Part shown: in pieces, positions 54,996 through 64,000 of the stretch
How the letters are laid out: the number at the start of each line of letters is the position of its first letter
Position numbering within the stretch: the stretch's first letter is position 1
NCBI GenBank assembly: GCA_965662895.1
Contig: CBFIJH010000003.1
Location: 66,318-130,317, forward strand
Origin: Candidatus Poseidoniaceae archaeon
GTDB lineage: Archaea; Thermoplasmatota; Poseidoniia; Poseidoniales; Poseidoniaceae
Length of the DNA: 64,000 nt
Direction: 5' to 3'
Translations under genes and position numbers: made by a program
The notes under the pieces: model-generated
What the model was told of the DNA's origin: nothing
The model's database searches: none
Seen by the model: only the letters and a program-made list of their open reading frames with translations

Positions 54996-57900
54996 TCAAC
55001 GCTCGTGGACGCGGTATGCGATTTCAGCACCGTCAACATCGAAGGATTCAGCATCTTTGGGCGGTTGATCGGAAGTGAATGTCATCCCTGATGCTCTCGT
55101 TTCCTTAGCGATCCAGTTTTGGTCTTCTTCGAAAAGCTCAGGGGCATTGTTCATCCAAATTTCAACATCGATCATGGATTCGATGGCCAAGTCCATGTCT
55201 TTCCTCTTGGACTGAATCCGACGTGTAATGTCGCGCGCAAGACCTTTCGAAAGAAGATGAGGTGTATCTTGCATGTCGAGAACCAAGCTTACGTGGGATG
55301 TGTCATCGCCCTCGCCGACGGTTATGGTGGAAGCTGCGTATCCTTCTCGCTCCGCACGTCGAATTTCAACATCCGATTCTAAGATATCAACGCCCATGAT
55401 GGTGCATGAACCGTTTTGGATGTCAGCAAGCAGCGCCTCGGGATCCGGATGGTTCTTGATTTGGCCAGCAATGGCATTGACGTCACCTTTTGCTCGCGGA
55501 GCCAAGGCACGGAAATTCACACCAAGTTCAACTCGCTGGAATCGGTCAAGGTCGTTTTCGACAGCGATGTTTTCAACGTTCAATTCTTCGCACAACAGGT
55601 CATGATACGGTTCCAAGTTCGGTCCAGCAACAATCCAACCTTCAGCACATGGGAGTCGCTGCCGGCGTTGAGCATCAATTCGAATCCGACGACCGGTTTC
55701 AGCAAGTTCACGAACAAGTTCCATCTCATGCTCTAGGTCAGCATCATGTGGAGGAAGTTGTTGTGTTTCTGCGACGAGGCTTTCGTCCCATGCATCGGCT
55801 GTCGCACCTTCAGTCGAACCAGGTGTCCCAAGCGGCCACGCTGCAGTATGAACGGTTGTTCCAGTAAGGTTTCGGTGGATGGTGTCAACCATGAACGGAC
55901 TGACTGGAGCAATGAGTCGGCACACCGTAACGAGAATTTCGTGCAGGGTGTGTTGGCAGGCAAGTTTGTCGCCAGATTCAGCCTCATCCCAAAGTCGACG
56001 TCGGCTTCTGCGTACGTACCAATTGGAAACATCGTTAACTATGAAATCCTCGAGTTCACGACATGCTTTGTGGAAATTCCAATTGGTGAATCCTTGATGA
56101 TATGCCTTGGCTGTCGAGTGAAGTTTGGAGAGAATCCAGCGGTCAAGTCGTGGTCGTTGCTCAACTGGCGATATTGCGTTCGTTGGGTCGAAGGAATCCA
56201 ATGCAGCATAGTCGGCATGGAATCGGTAAATGTTCCAAAGTGTCAAGAACATCTTGGCATAGGTTTCGCGAACTCCGTTTGAGTCAAATTTGAGTGGATT
56301 CCAAGGTGCACCTGCTGTGACCATGTACCAACGCGTTGCATCTGCGCCCTCACGATTGAAATGATCCCAAGGGTCCACGATGTTCCCTCTCGATTTCGAC
56401 ATTTTCTTCCCTTCCGCATCGAGAATGAGTCCAAGCGAGAGACAGCGCTTGTAGGCGGGCGAATCAAAAACGGTTGTCGAGACAGCAAGAAGAGTGTAGA
56501 ACCAACCACGTGTTTGGTCAACTCCTTCGCAGATGTAATCAACAGGGAATGAAGAATCAAACGTCTTGTTTTCATCGAACGGGTGGTGCCATTGGGCGAA
56601 CGGTGCACATCCAGAATCAAACCAGCAATCCATCACAAAGGGCTCACGGCGCATTGGTTTACCATTGTCTGAGACAAGGGTGAATGCGTCAACGACAGGG
56701 CGATGCAAATCAACATCATCTGGACAATCAGGGTTTTCAATTCCTGCTGCAATAGCCTTGGCAACCTCTTGTTGCAGTTCTGAAATGGAACCAATGCATT
56801 TCATGTTTCCATCATCATCTCTCCAAACTGGCAGTGGTGTTCCCCAGTATCGTTCTCTTGAAATGGCCCAATCTTTGACGTTTCGTAGCCATTCACCAAA
56901 TCGTCCTTCTCCAACCCAATCTGGGGCCCACTCCACATCATCGTTGAATTCAAGCAACCGGTCTTTGACGGCTGTCATTCGAACAAACCATGAGTCCATG
57001 GCATAGTAGAGGAGGGGATGATCGGTCCTCCAGCAGTGTGGGTAGTCGTGGAGGTAACTTTTCTCCCGATAGAGCAGGCCGGACTGGACAATATCGCTAC
57101 GGTTAATCAGGATGTCCATGACCGAATCATCGCAAGATTTGACGTATCGTCCATCGAGTTCAGGATGGACTCCATCGACGAAGTTACCTTCCATGTTGAC
57201 GGTGTGATAGGCTGGCAATCCAACCTCCATTCCAAGATGATAGTCGTCTTCACCGTACATGACCGCTGTATGGACAACACCTGTACCATCGGTTGTTGTG
57301 ACCCAATCTGCGGACAAGACCGTCCATGCTGTGGTTGACTCACCGCGAGGTACTGCATCAGGGAAGAGTGGCTCGTAGGATTTCCCAACCAAATCTGAGC
57401 CTCGAATCTCTTCGAGAACATCGACATGGTGGCGAAGAACTTCGCCCATCAAGTCCTTTGCAAGAATGAGCTCTTCGCCGACTGAAGCCCCCCCTCGTCC
57501 TTGCCAACCTTCAGGTTCTTCTCGAATTTGACAGCGAACATACGTAACATCGGGACCAACTGCGAGGCCAACGTTTCCTGGAAGCGTCCATGGTGTTGTC
57601 GTCCAGGCGAGAATGGATGCAGAATCATCAACCAGCTTGAATTTCACATACACCGAAGGTTCCTCGACTTCCTTGTAGCCCAAGGCCACCTCGTGACTAG
57701 AATAGGACGTCCCGGTCTGTGGGCAATATGGCAAAACCTTGTGTCCCCTGTACAGCAAATCTTTGTCGAACATTTGTTTTAACGCCCACCAGCATGATTC
57801 GACGTAGTCGTTGTGGAGCGTGACGTATGGGTTGTCCAAATCAACCCAGTAAGCCATGCGCTCTGTCATCTCACGCCAAGCGCTTTCGTATGTCCAAACG

Positions 57901-58271
57901 CTTTCTCGACACGCATCGTTGAATGCTTGCATGCCGAAGTTCTCAATGGCTTCATTGCTCATGAGATCGAGTCGTTTTTGCACCTCAATTTCGACCGGAA
58001 GACCGTGTGTATCCCATCCACCTTTTCGTTCAACGAGAAAACCTTCCATGGATTTCCATCTGCAAACAAGATCCTTGTAGGCTCGAGCCACGACGTGATG
58101 AATTCCGGGCTTTCCGTTCGCAGTAGGCGGGCCTTCGAGAAAGATAAATGGCGCACCGTTTCGATTGGAATCGATGGACTGCTGGAAGGTTTGTTCCTTC
58201 TTCCACGTTTCAAGAAGCGCCGTTTCAAGTGCAACAGCATCAAGGTCACCGGCGGGACTTGGTCGAACCAT
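54996..58271 (-). CDS. ileS: Isoleucine--tRNA ligase (archaeal/eukaryal type)
   Basis: EGPPTANGKPGIHH, GWDTHGLPVE, AWTTTPWTLPGN, DWAISRERYWG, EGVDQTRGWFY, KMSKS. Confidence 0.98.
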   Translation of the reverse strand: MVRPSPAGDLDAVALETALLETWKKEQTFQQSIDSNRNGAPFIFLEGPPTANGKPGIHHVVARAYKDLVCRWKSMEGFLVERKGGWDTHGLPVEIEVQKRLDLMSNEAIENFGMQAFNDACRESVWTYESAWREMTERMAYWVDLDNPYVTLHNDYVESCWWALKQMFDKDLLYRGHKVLPYCPQTGTSYSSHEVALGYKEVEEPSVYVKFKLVDDSASILAWTTTPWTLPGNVGLAVGPDVTYVRCQIREEPEGWQGRGGASVGEELILAKDLMGEVLRHHVDVLEEIRGSDLVGKSYEPLFPDAVPRGESTTAWTVLSADWVTTTDGTGVVHTAVMYGEDDYHLGMEVGLPAYHTVNMEGNFVDGVHPELDGRYVKSCDDSVMDILINRSDIVQSGLLYREKSYLHDYPHCWRTDHPLLYYAMDSWFVRMTAVKDRLLEFNDDVEWAPDWVGEGRFGEWLRNVKDWAISRERYWGTPLPVWRDDDGNMKCIGSISELQQEVAKAIAAGIENPDCPDDVDLHRPVVDAFTLVSDNGKPMRREPFVMDCWFDSGCAPFAQWHHPFDENKTFDSSFPVDYICEGVDQTRGWFYTLLAVSTTVFDSPAYKRCLSLGLILDAEGKKMSKSRGNIVDPWDHFNREGADATRWYMVTAGAPWNPLKFDSNGVRETYAKMFLTLWNIYRFHADYAALDSFDPTNAISPVEQRPRLDRWILSKLHSTAKAYHQGFTNWNFHKACRELEDFIVNDVSNWYVRRSRRRLWDEAESGDKLACQHTLHEILVTVCRLIAPVSPFMVDTIHRNLTGTTVHTAAWPLGTPGSTEGATADAWDESLVAETQQLPPHDADLEHEMELVRELAETGRRIRIDAQRRQRLPCAEGWIVAGPNLEPYHDLLCEELNVENIAVENDLDRFQRVELGVNFRALAPRAKGDVNAIAGQIKNHPDPEALLADIQNGSCTIMGVDILESDVEIRRAEREGYAASTITVGEGDDTSHVSLVLDMQDTPHLLSKGLARDITRRIQSKRKDMDLAIESMIDVEIWMNNAPELFEEDQNWIAKETRASGMTFTSDQPPKDAESFDVDGAEIAYRVHER

Positions 58272-58367
58272 GAATCGCCAAATGCGCCGTTGTTTTCAAT
58301 CTCTCCCTCAAATAACAGCAATTGAATGGACTGACACATTCAAGTCCTTTGAAAACTAGGGCAGCGT

Positions 58368-61300
58368 ATGGCCGGCTCTTCCAATGGACGAGGCATTGCC
58401 CTGTTCGTTTTGTTTTTGTTTGTAGCAAGCCCGTACACGACCCTTGTACCTTCCGCTCCTGCCTCAATTCTCGGGGAGTCAATACCGGTAAGATTTGTCT
58501 CTCAAGGAACGCCCGTAACCGTTGATATTCGCCCTGGCCAGACAAGTCAATCGCCTTTCGAACTTGACCTGCCATCAGGAAGCGGAGCGATTACCGCACT
58601 TGATTTAAACGTCCAGTCAGCAACAATGGAGAATTCACAGTCCCTGCTCTGGGAAGGTGATGCGGCATGGAACCACCCAGATGCCGTGAAAAACAACACA
58701 TTTTCTCAATCTGGTATTTTGACACGCGATGGATCAGCCCCTGACTATGATTTCAACAACGGACTTCAGGGTTGGACTGTTTCCTCAGCAACCTATGTTG
58801 GTCGATACACGAATAATTCGTGCGGTTACAATGGTACGAGCGGTGGGTCGATCAAAACCCAAGCGAGCAGTACCCCTGAGCATGCAACGTCGCCGGCAAC
58901 AAATTTGGCGGGACGTTCGAACATTCCTTTCCATGCTTGGGTCCATGAGGGACGCTCGGGTTGTGGAGAAACTCCTGATTCGGGAGAAAACTTGCACTTG
59001 AAATACAAAACAGCAGGCGGGCAATGGACCACTTTCCATACCTTCCAAGGAGGAGGTTCGCAGACAAGCAACTTCCAATATTCCACAGTTCTTCCTGCCG
59101 CAGCCCTTCATTCCTCTTCGCAGTTCCGGATTGAACAAACCCGCGGGACCGGTACATGTTGTGATTACTGGTTTGTTGACGATGTCAAGGTCGTTATCCC
59201 TCCATTGACGTCTTGGACGAGCCCGACATTCGGCTACAATGTTTCCAACAGTTTCTCCTTGGCAGAAGGCCCTTATGGGCCAATGTACATCAATGCAAAT
59301 CTTCCAATTGGCTCATCGCTGCATTGGACGCTCATCGATGCACAGACGGGAGACAACATCTCTGGATTTGAGTCCATCGAGGGGACACGAGTCCACCTTG
59401 ATGCGGTCGACTGGGAGCATTATGGCTCGCTGCGTGTCCAATTGATGTTCGAAGGTCTTGATAGTGCCTCGATGCCTTCCGTTGAATCCATCTCTGCTGG
59501 AGGATTGGTTTACGATACATTCAGCACAGACCCGGTTGAAAGAGGATGGATGTTGAACAACAGTTCCTATGTTTCAAACAGTATTTCTTCGGTGGCAAAT
59601 GGAACTGTTTACTCGCCATGGTACAGAAGCAATTCCCCAATTGCGGGCTATCAGATTGCAGCGATTCTGCAAGAGTTCGAGGCTTTTGTTCGTCATACAG
59701 AATCCGATTCTTGGACCTCCGTTTCCTTGCCGTATTCTGGAACCCTTTCTCCAAATGAACATGCGTTCCAAGTGAAATTCGTTCATAATTCAACAACGAA
59801 TGCCTCCCTAGAGGAGATTCAGGTTACAATTTCTAGCGGTCAACGCGTGTATTCTCCAACATTGGACTTGGACGGCGACCAAATACTTGAGTGGGGTCAG
59901 CCGGACATACGTATAGGATCATGGGGCTTCCAAGATCGATTTTCTCACGGTGAAAAGTCCCATGACGTTTCCTTCGGTTTGTCGGGTCTAGCGACTGCAT
60001 CCGCTTGGATTCCCGCATCAAATCTTGAGGGATTTGCTGCTTCCGTTTCGACTGACGGTGGAAACATGACTGGTCTTTCAATACGCGTCGCTGGGTCAAC
60101 CATCCTATCGAGGTCGATTGACAATACAACGGTGTATCGTCTTGAACTCAACAGTTCCGAGAGGGAAACCCTCGCTGCTGAGCTTTCAACTCAAAACGCA
60201 CTGTTGAACAACATGGGTCAAGGTTTTGCTCTTGTGGAATTGGAAGTGTATGGTAACGGCGTTGCAACCTTCACCAATCTCGCTGCACCCTATGCAACCT
60301 CGATGACGGTTTCAGCGAATCAACAATCTCCTTTGGTCATGGCAGCAAATTCTGCGTACCGGGCGCCAGGTCCTTCTCCATCGATTTCCTTCCCCTTTAC
60401 CGGTCTATCCAACGGAAAATTAATCGTTGAAGTAACGAATATGGATTTTAGTGACGATGTTGCTACCGGTACGGTCACAATGGAAAATGTCTCCAATCCG
60501 CTCACCACCTCGCAGCGTTGGCTTTCGTTTACGACTCGTTTCAGTGTTGACTCTGAGCGAACAATTTCCTTGATTCGACTTGACGTCCAAGGTCAGCACA
60601 ATCACGGCACTTGGCTCATCCCTGCGAGTGGAGGGGAAGCGCTTGGGCAGGCAGACAGTGATTTGATTGAATTGCACCCGACACATCCGTTTGCAATCGC
60701 TGAGGTCTCCCCTTCGATGAATGAAATTACTGTTAAATTTCGAATTGAACAAGGTTGGGACGACGAGGACTGGTTAACCGCTTCGATGCGACTTGTTCTC
60801 GATAATGGTGTCGTATCACGGCCAGGTCAATTCCTTTGGTATGCTGTTGGAGACCTTCCCGCATTGGAAAATGATTTGATCATCAAATCTGTCAAAATTA
60901 CTGGAGACCATGGACTGATACCAGAATCAACCGTATATCTCGCAGCAGGCATGGATTTGAACTTCTCCATCGATGTTGGATACCAAGGTGTCGATGGTGT
61001 TGATGCCTTTGCAGAAGGTGACGCGGAAGTCCAACTTTGGCGAGGAAACACAATGGTAGCTAACACGACGAGTCTCGATGTTGATATCTGGAATGTTTCA
61101 GATACTGCTCCATTCTCGTTCGGTGACCTCACATGGACAGTGCGTGTTGTTCCATTGAACGGTGGCGATGTTGTCGATGAGTCGGAATATCTTCGTACCT
61201 TCAAAATCGACCCGACAGCGCCTGCTGTTATTGGATCGAACGTTGACTGGTACGATCATCGTCTTGCCTCAACGAGCCAAACCGTCCAATTCCAGATACT

Positions 61301-63224
61301 CGACCCGGTTCTCCTCCCTTCGGATGTGCACGTCATGTTGTGGAGAGAATGGGCAGACGATGTTGATTTGAACGGATGGCCGAGTCCTGACGAATACAAG
61401 CAACGCTCACTCATCATTCCTACCGACTTGACGCTTTCAACAGGGCTCTACACGCTCCTTTTTGATGACTCGATGGGGGCTCTTGGACAAAAAGTTGCAG
61501 GATATTTGGTTGGAACGGATGCATCGGGTCAAGTTCTCGAAGATGGAGGTAGTGGGTTGGAAGGGGAGCATTTGTTCATGTATCAGATTGGACCGGACGG
61601 ACCTCCTTCCCTATCCGCCACAGCGATGTCGTGGGATGATGGTGCAAACCCGTGGTTGCATCCAGGTCAACCGTACACGTTGCGTGTTGATATGAGTGAA
61701 CCCAACGGTGCTTCGGATTTAACAACGGTTGAAATCCAACTCGCATCGAACATTCTCACTTCTCCATTGTCCTACACGTGGGACTTCCGAACAGATAGTT
61801 GTACGTCCAACAGCATACATCTGATTATTCACGATTGCAACATGCTCGCTTTGGATGGTACAACAGCAGGCCCATACGAGAAGGATACCTCCCTCATCAC
61901 TGAACTCGAGTTGGCATGGACTACGCCCGATCTTGGCGATACATTCCGCGAACCAAGTGTGAAAATCATCGATCGAGCAGGACAAGAAGTCCTCCAAACA
62001 TTCCCTGCGTTACGATGGCGATTTTCGCCAAGTCTCATGATCCCTCGAGATTGGGTCTCGTTGGAGTTAACCCAAGGTACTGTTCTCGATGACGGTGCAA
62101 GAATTCCGCCAAATTCCCAGTTTGAGTTAACGGGAGGTTTGGTCTTTGAGGCAACAGAATCCATACCAGCGTTCAATTGCAGTGTTGATGTTGTCTTCGC
62201 AGGACAGACCTTCACTGCGGAAACGTACAATGGAATATGGAATGTCGAACTGGAATCACCTCCAACTTCTGGAACAATTCCTTTGACCTGGTCGGTCGGA
62301 TGTTTACCTCCACAAGGTATCGATGCTACCGAAAAAGAGTCCTCAGTGAAGTGGATGGTTGTCGATGGACTTGGTCCAGAACCAAAAGAAGTACAAACGC
62401 CTCGTCCAGGTTCAATTCTTTCAGCGGAAGAGCATGAAGTTACAATCGTTCTTTCAGAAGAAGGCGGGATCGATTTCGAATCTCTCCGCCTTGCTTGGTG
62501 GGTCGAGGATTCTGTAACAGGTGAATTCATCCGAGGTGGCGATAGCCCGTTCCTCTTGGAAGGAACTGAGATCAGTGGGTTAAGTTTGGTCGGAACCGGC
62601 GTCATGGACTTGAGTGTCATAACCGATGACATGCTCATTGATCGATTCACTGTTTCCGTTCTCGTCGAGGGTCGGGACCTGGCAGGGAATATGGTCCTTG
62701 GAGGTGAGGGGCAATCGGCAGGAAACGAAATCACATCATGGCTCATGGAATGGCGACAACCAAAATTTGAATTGGATACACCGGCAATGGACTATTCTCG
62801 GTTGAATCTCCAAACAGGAGAATCAACGGCAGTTCAGATCTTTGTCAAGAACGTTGGAACACTCGATGGAACAACAGATGCAACGATTTCCGTCGTCCGA
62901 GCAGATGGCACCTCCGAGGTTCTACGACAAACCGAAGTTGAGGTTGCAGAAGGTGGACTTGGAACCATTCTAATTGACTGGGCACCAGAACAACAAGGCC
63001 TGCAATGGATTGAAGTTGTTCTTGAAAATGGTGCAACCGCAAACGGTCCATCGGTTGATGTTCGTCCAAAGGCTGAACCATCATTCAGCGAGGCTGTCTT
63101 TGGCAACGTCAATCCGATATTGGGTTCAATCGGCGCACTTCTCGGCCTTTCCATCATTCTGGCATTGTTGCTCATGGCTCGGAATGCGACAGTTCGCCGA
63201 GGCTCCAAGTCAGAATACGAATAG
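58368..63224 (+). CDS. Giant secreted membrane-anchored surface protein (reelin-subrepeat-like domain, Ig-like repeats, CARDB)
   Basis: Signal peptide, beta-rich repeats, CARDB-like VKNVGTLDG, C-terminal TM; ends at TAG 63222-63224 but the frame continues open. Confidence 0.85.
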   Translation: MAGSSNGRGIALFVLFLFVASPYTTLVPSAPASILGESIPVRFVSQGTPVTVDIRPGQTSQSPFELDLPSGSGAITALDLNVQSATMENSQSLLWEGDAAWNHPDAVKNNTFSQSGILTRDGSAPDYDFNNGLQGWTVSSATYVGRYTNNSCGYNGTSGGSIKTQASSTPEHATSPATNLAGRSNIPFHAWVHEGRSGCGETPDSGENLHLKYKTAGGQWTTFHTFQGGGSQTSNFQYSTVLPAAALHSSSQFRIEQTRGTGTCCDYWFVDDVKVVIPPLTSWTSPTFGYNVSNSFSLAEGPYGPMYINANLPIGSSLHWTLIDAQTGDNISGFESIEGTRVHLDAVDWEHYGSLRVQLMFEGLDSASMPSVESISAGGLVYDTFSTDPVERGWMLNNSSYVSNSISSVANGTVYSPWYRSNSPIAGYQIAAILQEFEAFVRHTESDSWTSVSLPYSGTLSPNEHAFQVKFVHNSTTNASLEEIQVTISSGQRVYSPTLDLDGDQILEWGQPDIRIGSWGFQDRFSHGEKSHDVSFGLSGLATASAWIPASNLEGFAASVSTDGGNMTGLSIRVAGSTILSRSIDNTTVYRLELNSSERETLAAELSTQNALLNNMGQGFALVELEVYGNGVATFTNLAAPYATSMTVSANQQSPLVMAANSAYRAPGPSPSISFPFTGLSNGKLIVEVTNMDFSDDVATGTVTMENVSNPLTTSQRWLSFTTRFSVDSERTISLIRLDVQGQHNHGTWLIPASGGEALGQADSDLIELHPTHPFAIAEVSPSMNEITVKFRIEQGWDDEDWLTASMRLVLDNGVVSRPGQFLWYAVGDLPALENDLIIKSVKITGDHGLIPESTVYLAAGMDLNFSIDVGYQGVDGVDAFAEGDAEVQLWRGNTMVANTTSLDVDIWNVSDTAPFSFGDLTWTVRVVPLNGGDVVDESEYLRTFKIDPTAPAVIGSNVDWYDHRLASTSQTVQFQILDPVLLPSDVHVMLWREWADDVDLNGWPSPDEYKQRSLIIPTDLTLSTGLYTLLFDDSMGALGQKVAGYLVGTDASGQVLEDGGSGLEGEHLFMYQIGPDGPPSLSATAMSWDDGANPWLHPGQPYTLRVDMSEPNGASDLTTVEIQLASNILTSPLSYTWDFRTDSCTSNSIHLIIHDCNMLALDGTTAGPYEKDTSLITELELAWTTPDLGDTFREPSVKIIDRAGQEVLQTFPALRWRFSPSLMIPRDWVSLELTQGTVLDDGARIPPNSQFELTGGLVFEATESIPAFNCSVDVVFAGQTFTAETYNGIWNVELESPPTSGTIPLTWSVGCLPPQGIDATEKESSVKWMVVDGLGPEPKEVQTPRPGSILSAEEHEVTIVLSEEGGIDFESLRLAWWVEDSVTGEFIRGGDSPFLLEGTEISGLSLVGTGVMDLSVITDDMLIDRFTVSVLVEGRDLAGNMVLGGEGQSAGNEITSWLMEWRQPKFELDTPAMDYSRLNLQTGESTAVQIFVKNVGTLDGTTDATISVVRADGTSEVLRQTEVEVAEGGLGTILIDWAPEQQGLQWIEVVLENGATANGPSVDVRPKAEPSFSEAVFGNVNPILGSIGALLGLSIILALLLMARNATVRRGSKSEYE

Positions 63225-63455
63225 GACGAGTATTCCGATTATATTGATGAGGACGAGGAAGAAGACATTGACGACGATGCCGATCTCAACCTGAGCGAAC
63301 CGATTCAAGAATCCGAACCAGTTGCTGCAACAACCCAAACCGCTTCTGCAGATGGATGGACGCAAGGGTCTGACGGCGTTTGGTGGTGGCAAAACCAACA
63401 AGATGGGAGCTGGTGGTACAAAGATGCAAACGGTGAAATTGTTCAATACAAGTGA
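63225..63455 (+). other. In-frame 76-codon continuation of the giant protein beyond the TAG
   Basis: DEYSDYIDEDEEEDIDDDADLNLSEPIQESEPVAATTQTASADGWTQGSDGVWWWQNQQDGSWWYKDANGEIVQYK then TGA 63453-63455; it has no ATG start of its own. Confidence 0.8.
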
Positions 63456-63493
63456 TGCATCATTTCTATGAAACCCAACATAGTGGGACGGAC

Positions 63494-64000
63494 ATGAGCG
63501 AGCAAGATGCCAGCATCGTTGCTTTGCTGCAGTTCAATCCAACCGTTGGTGATATTGCTGGCAATGCGGAACGGCTTGAACATCTTATTCGCCTCGCAGC
63601 GGAGTCAGGTGCTGTCGCATGTGTGAGCACAGAACTTGCCATTTGTGGATACCCCCCTAGGGATTTGTTGATGCAATCGCAGTTTGTTGAACTTGCACAA
63701 CAAGCGGCGTTTGGGCTTGATGTTGGGATTCCATCGCTCATCGGAACACCAACCATTCCTGACCACGCTCGGGAAAAACCCGGGAATGGTGTTGCTTTCC
63801 TTGGCAATGAGGCGCCTGTAAAGATCGTTGCGAGAAAACAATTGCTTCCAACCTATGACATCTTCGATGAAGCACGGTATTTCGATTCCGATGACAGACC
63901 AGGAATTGCTCGCACGCTCTCTGGCCAACTTGAACTGGGTGTGACGGTCTGCGAGGATGCTTGGCAAGTCGCTGGTGAAACACCGTCTGAATACGATGCT
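63494..64000 (+). CDS. nadE: Glutamine-dependent NAD+ synthetase, N-terminal nitrilase domain (partial)
   Basis: Not in ORF track. MSEQDASIVALLQFNPTVGDIAGN...TELAICGYPPRDLL...RKQLLPTYDIFDEARYF...GVTVCEDAW (E-K-C triad). Confidence 0.9.
   Translation, partial: MSEQDASIVALLQFNPTVGDIAGNAERLEHLIRLAAESGAVACVSTELAICGYPPRDLLMQSQFVELAQQAAFGLDVGIPSLIGTPTIPDHAREKPGNGVAFLGNEAPVKIVARKQLLPTYDIFDEARYFDSDDRPGIARTLSGQLELGVTVCEDAWQVAGETPSEYDA

Noticed and set aside
63222-63224. Pyrrolysine or genome-wide TAG reassignment
   Set aside because: TAG terminates ABC-F and mutY at their natural ends, there are no pyl genes in the window, and no other in-frame TAG was seen.

Overview
A gene-dense 64-kb archaeal chromosomal segment with about 44 CDS, and no rRNA, tRNA, CRISPR array or mobile element that I could support. 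I infer a Marine Group II euryarchaeon (Ca. Poseidoniales-like). The basis is archaeal core genes (TBP, Csl4, NMD3, METTL5, archaeal-type IleRS, SepF, mevalonate kinase, HhH-MutS), bacterial-type genes (Ni-SOD sodN/sodX, ABC-F, SMUG1, MutY, IcmF, FadF-like, M23) and very large membrane-anchored secreted proteins with Pro/Trp-rich tails. I added three CDS missing from the ORF track: the 5' end of icmF (1-211), a 52-aa CcmD-like gene (18532-18690) and the 5' end of glutamine-dependent nadE (63494-64000). The most striking item is an exosome cap subunit Csl4 fused in frame to two canonical RRM domains, in an RNA-metabolism gene run with METTL5. Other highlights are a 1618-aa surface protein with a reelin-subrepeat-like domain and an in-frame TAG cutting off its natural-looking tail, and a ccmA/ccmB-like fusion-ccmC-ccmD-like cluster running into nmd3. 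Also notable are a TBP with a ~20-aa insertion whose promoter is flanked by three inverted repeats, twin giant surface proteins translationally coupled to sepF, and a rhomboid next to a membrane-anchored subtilase. All calls come from manual motif reading; no database searches were run.
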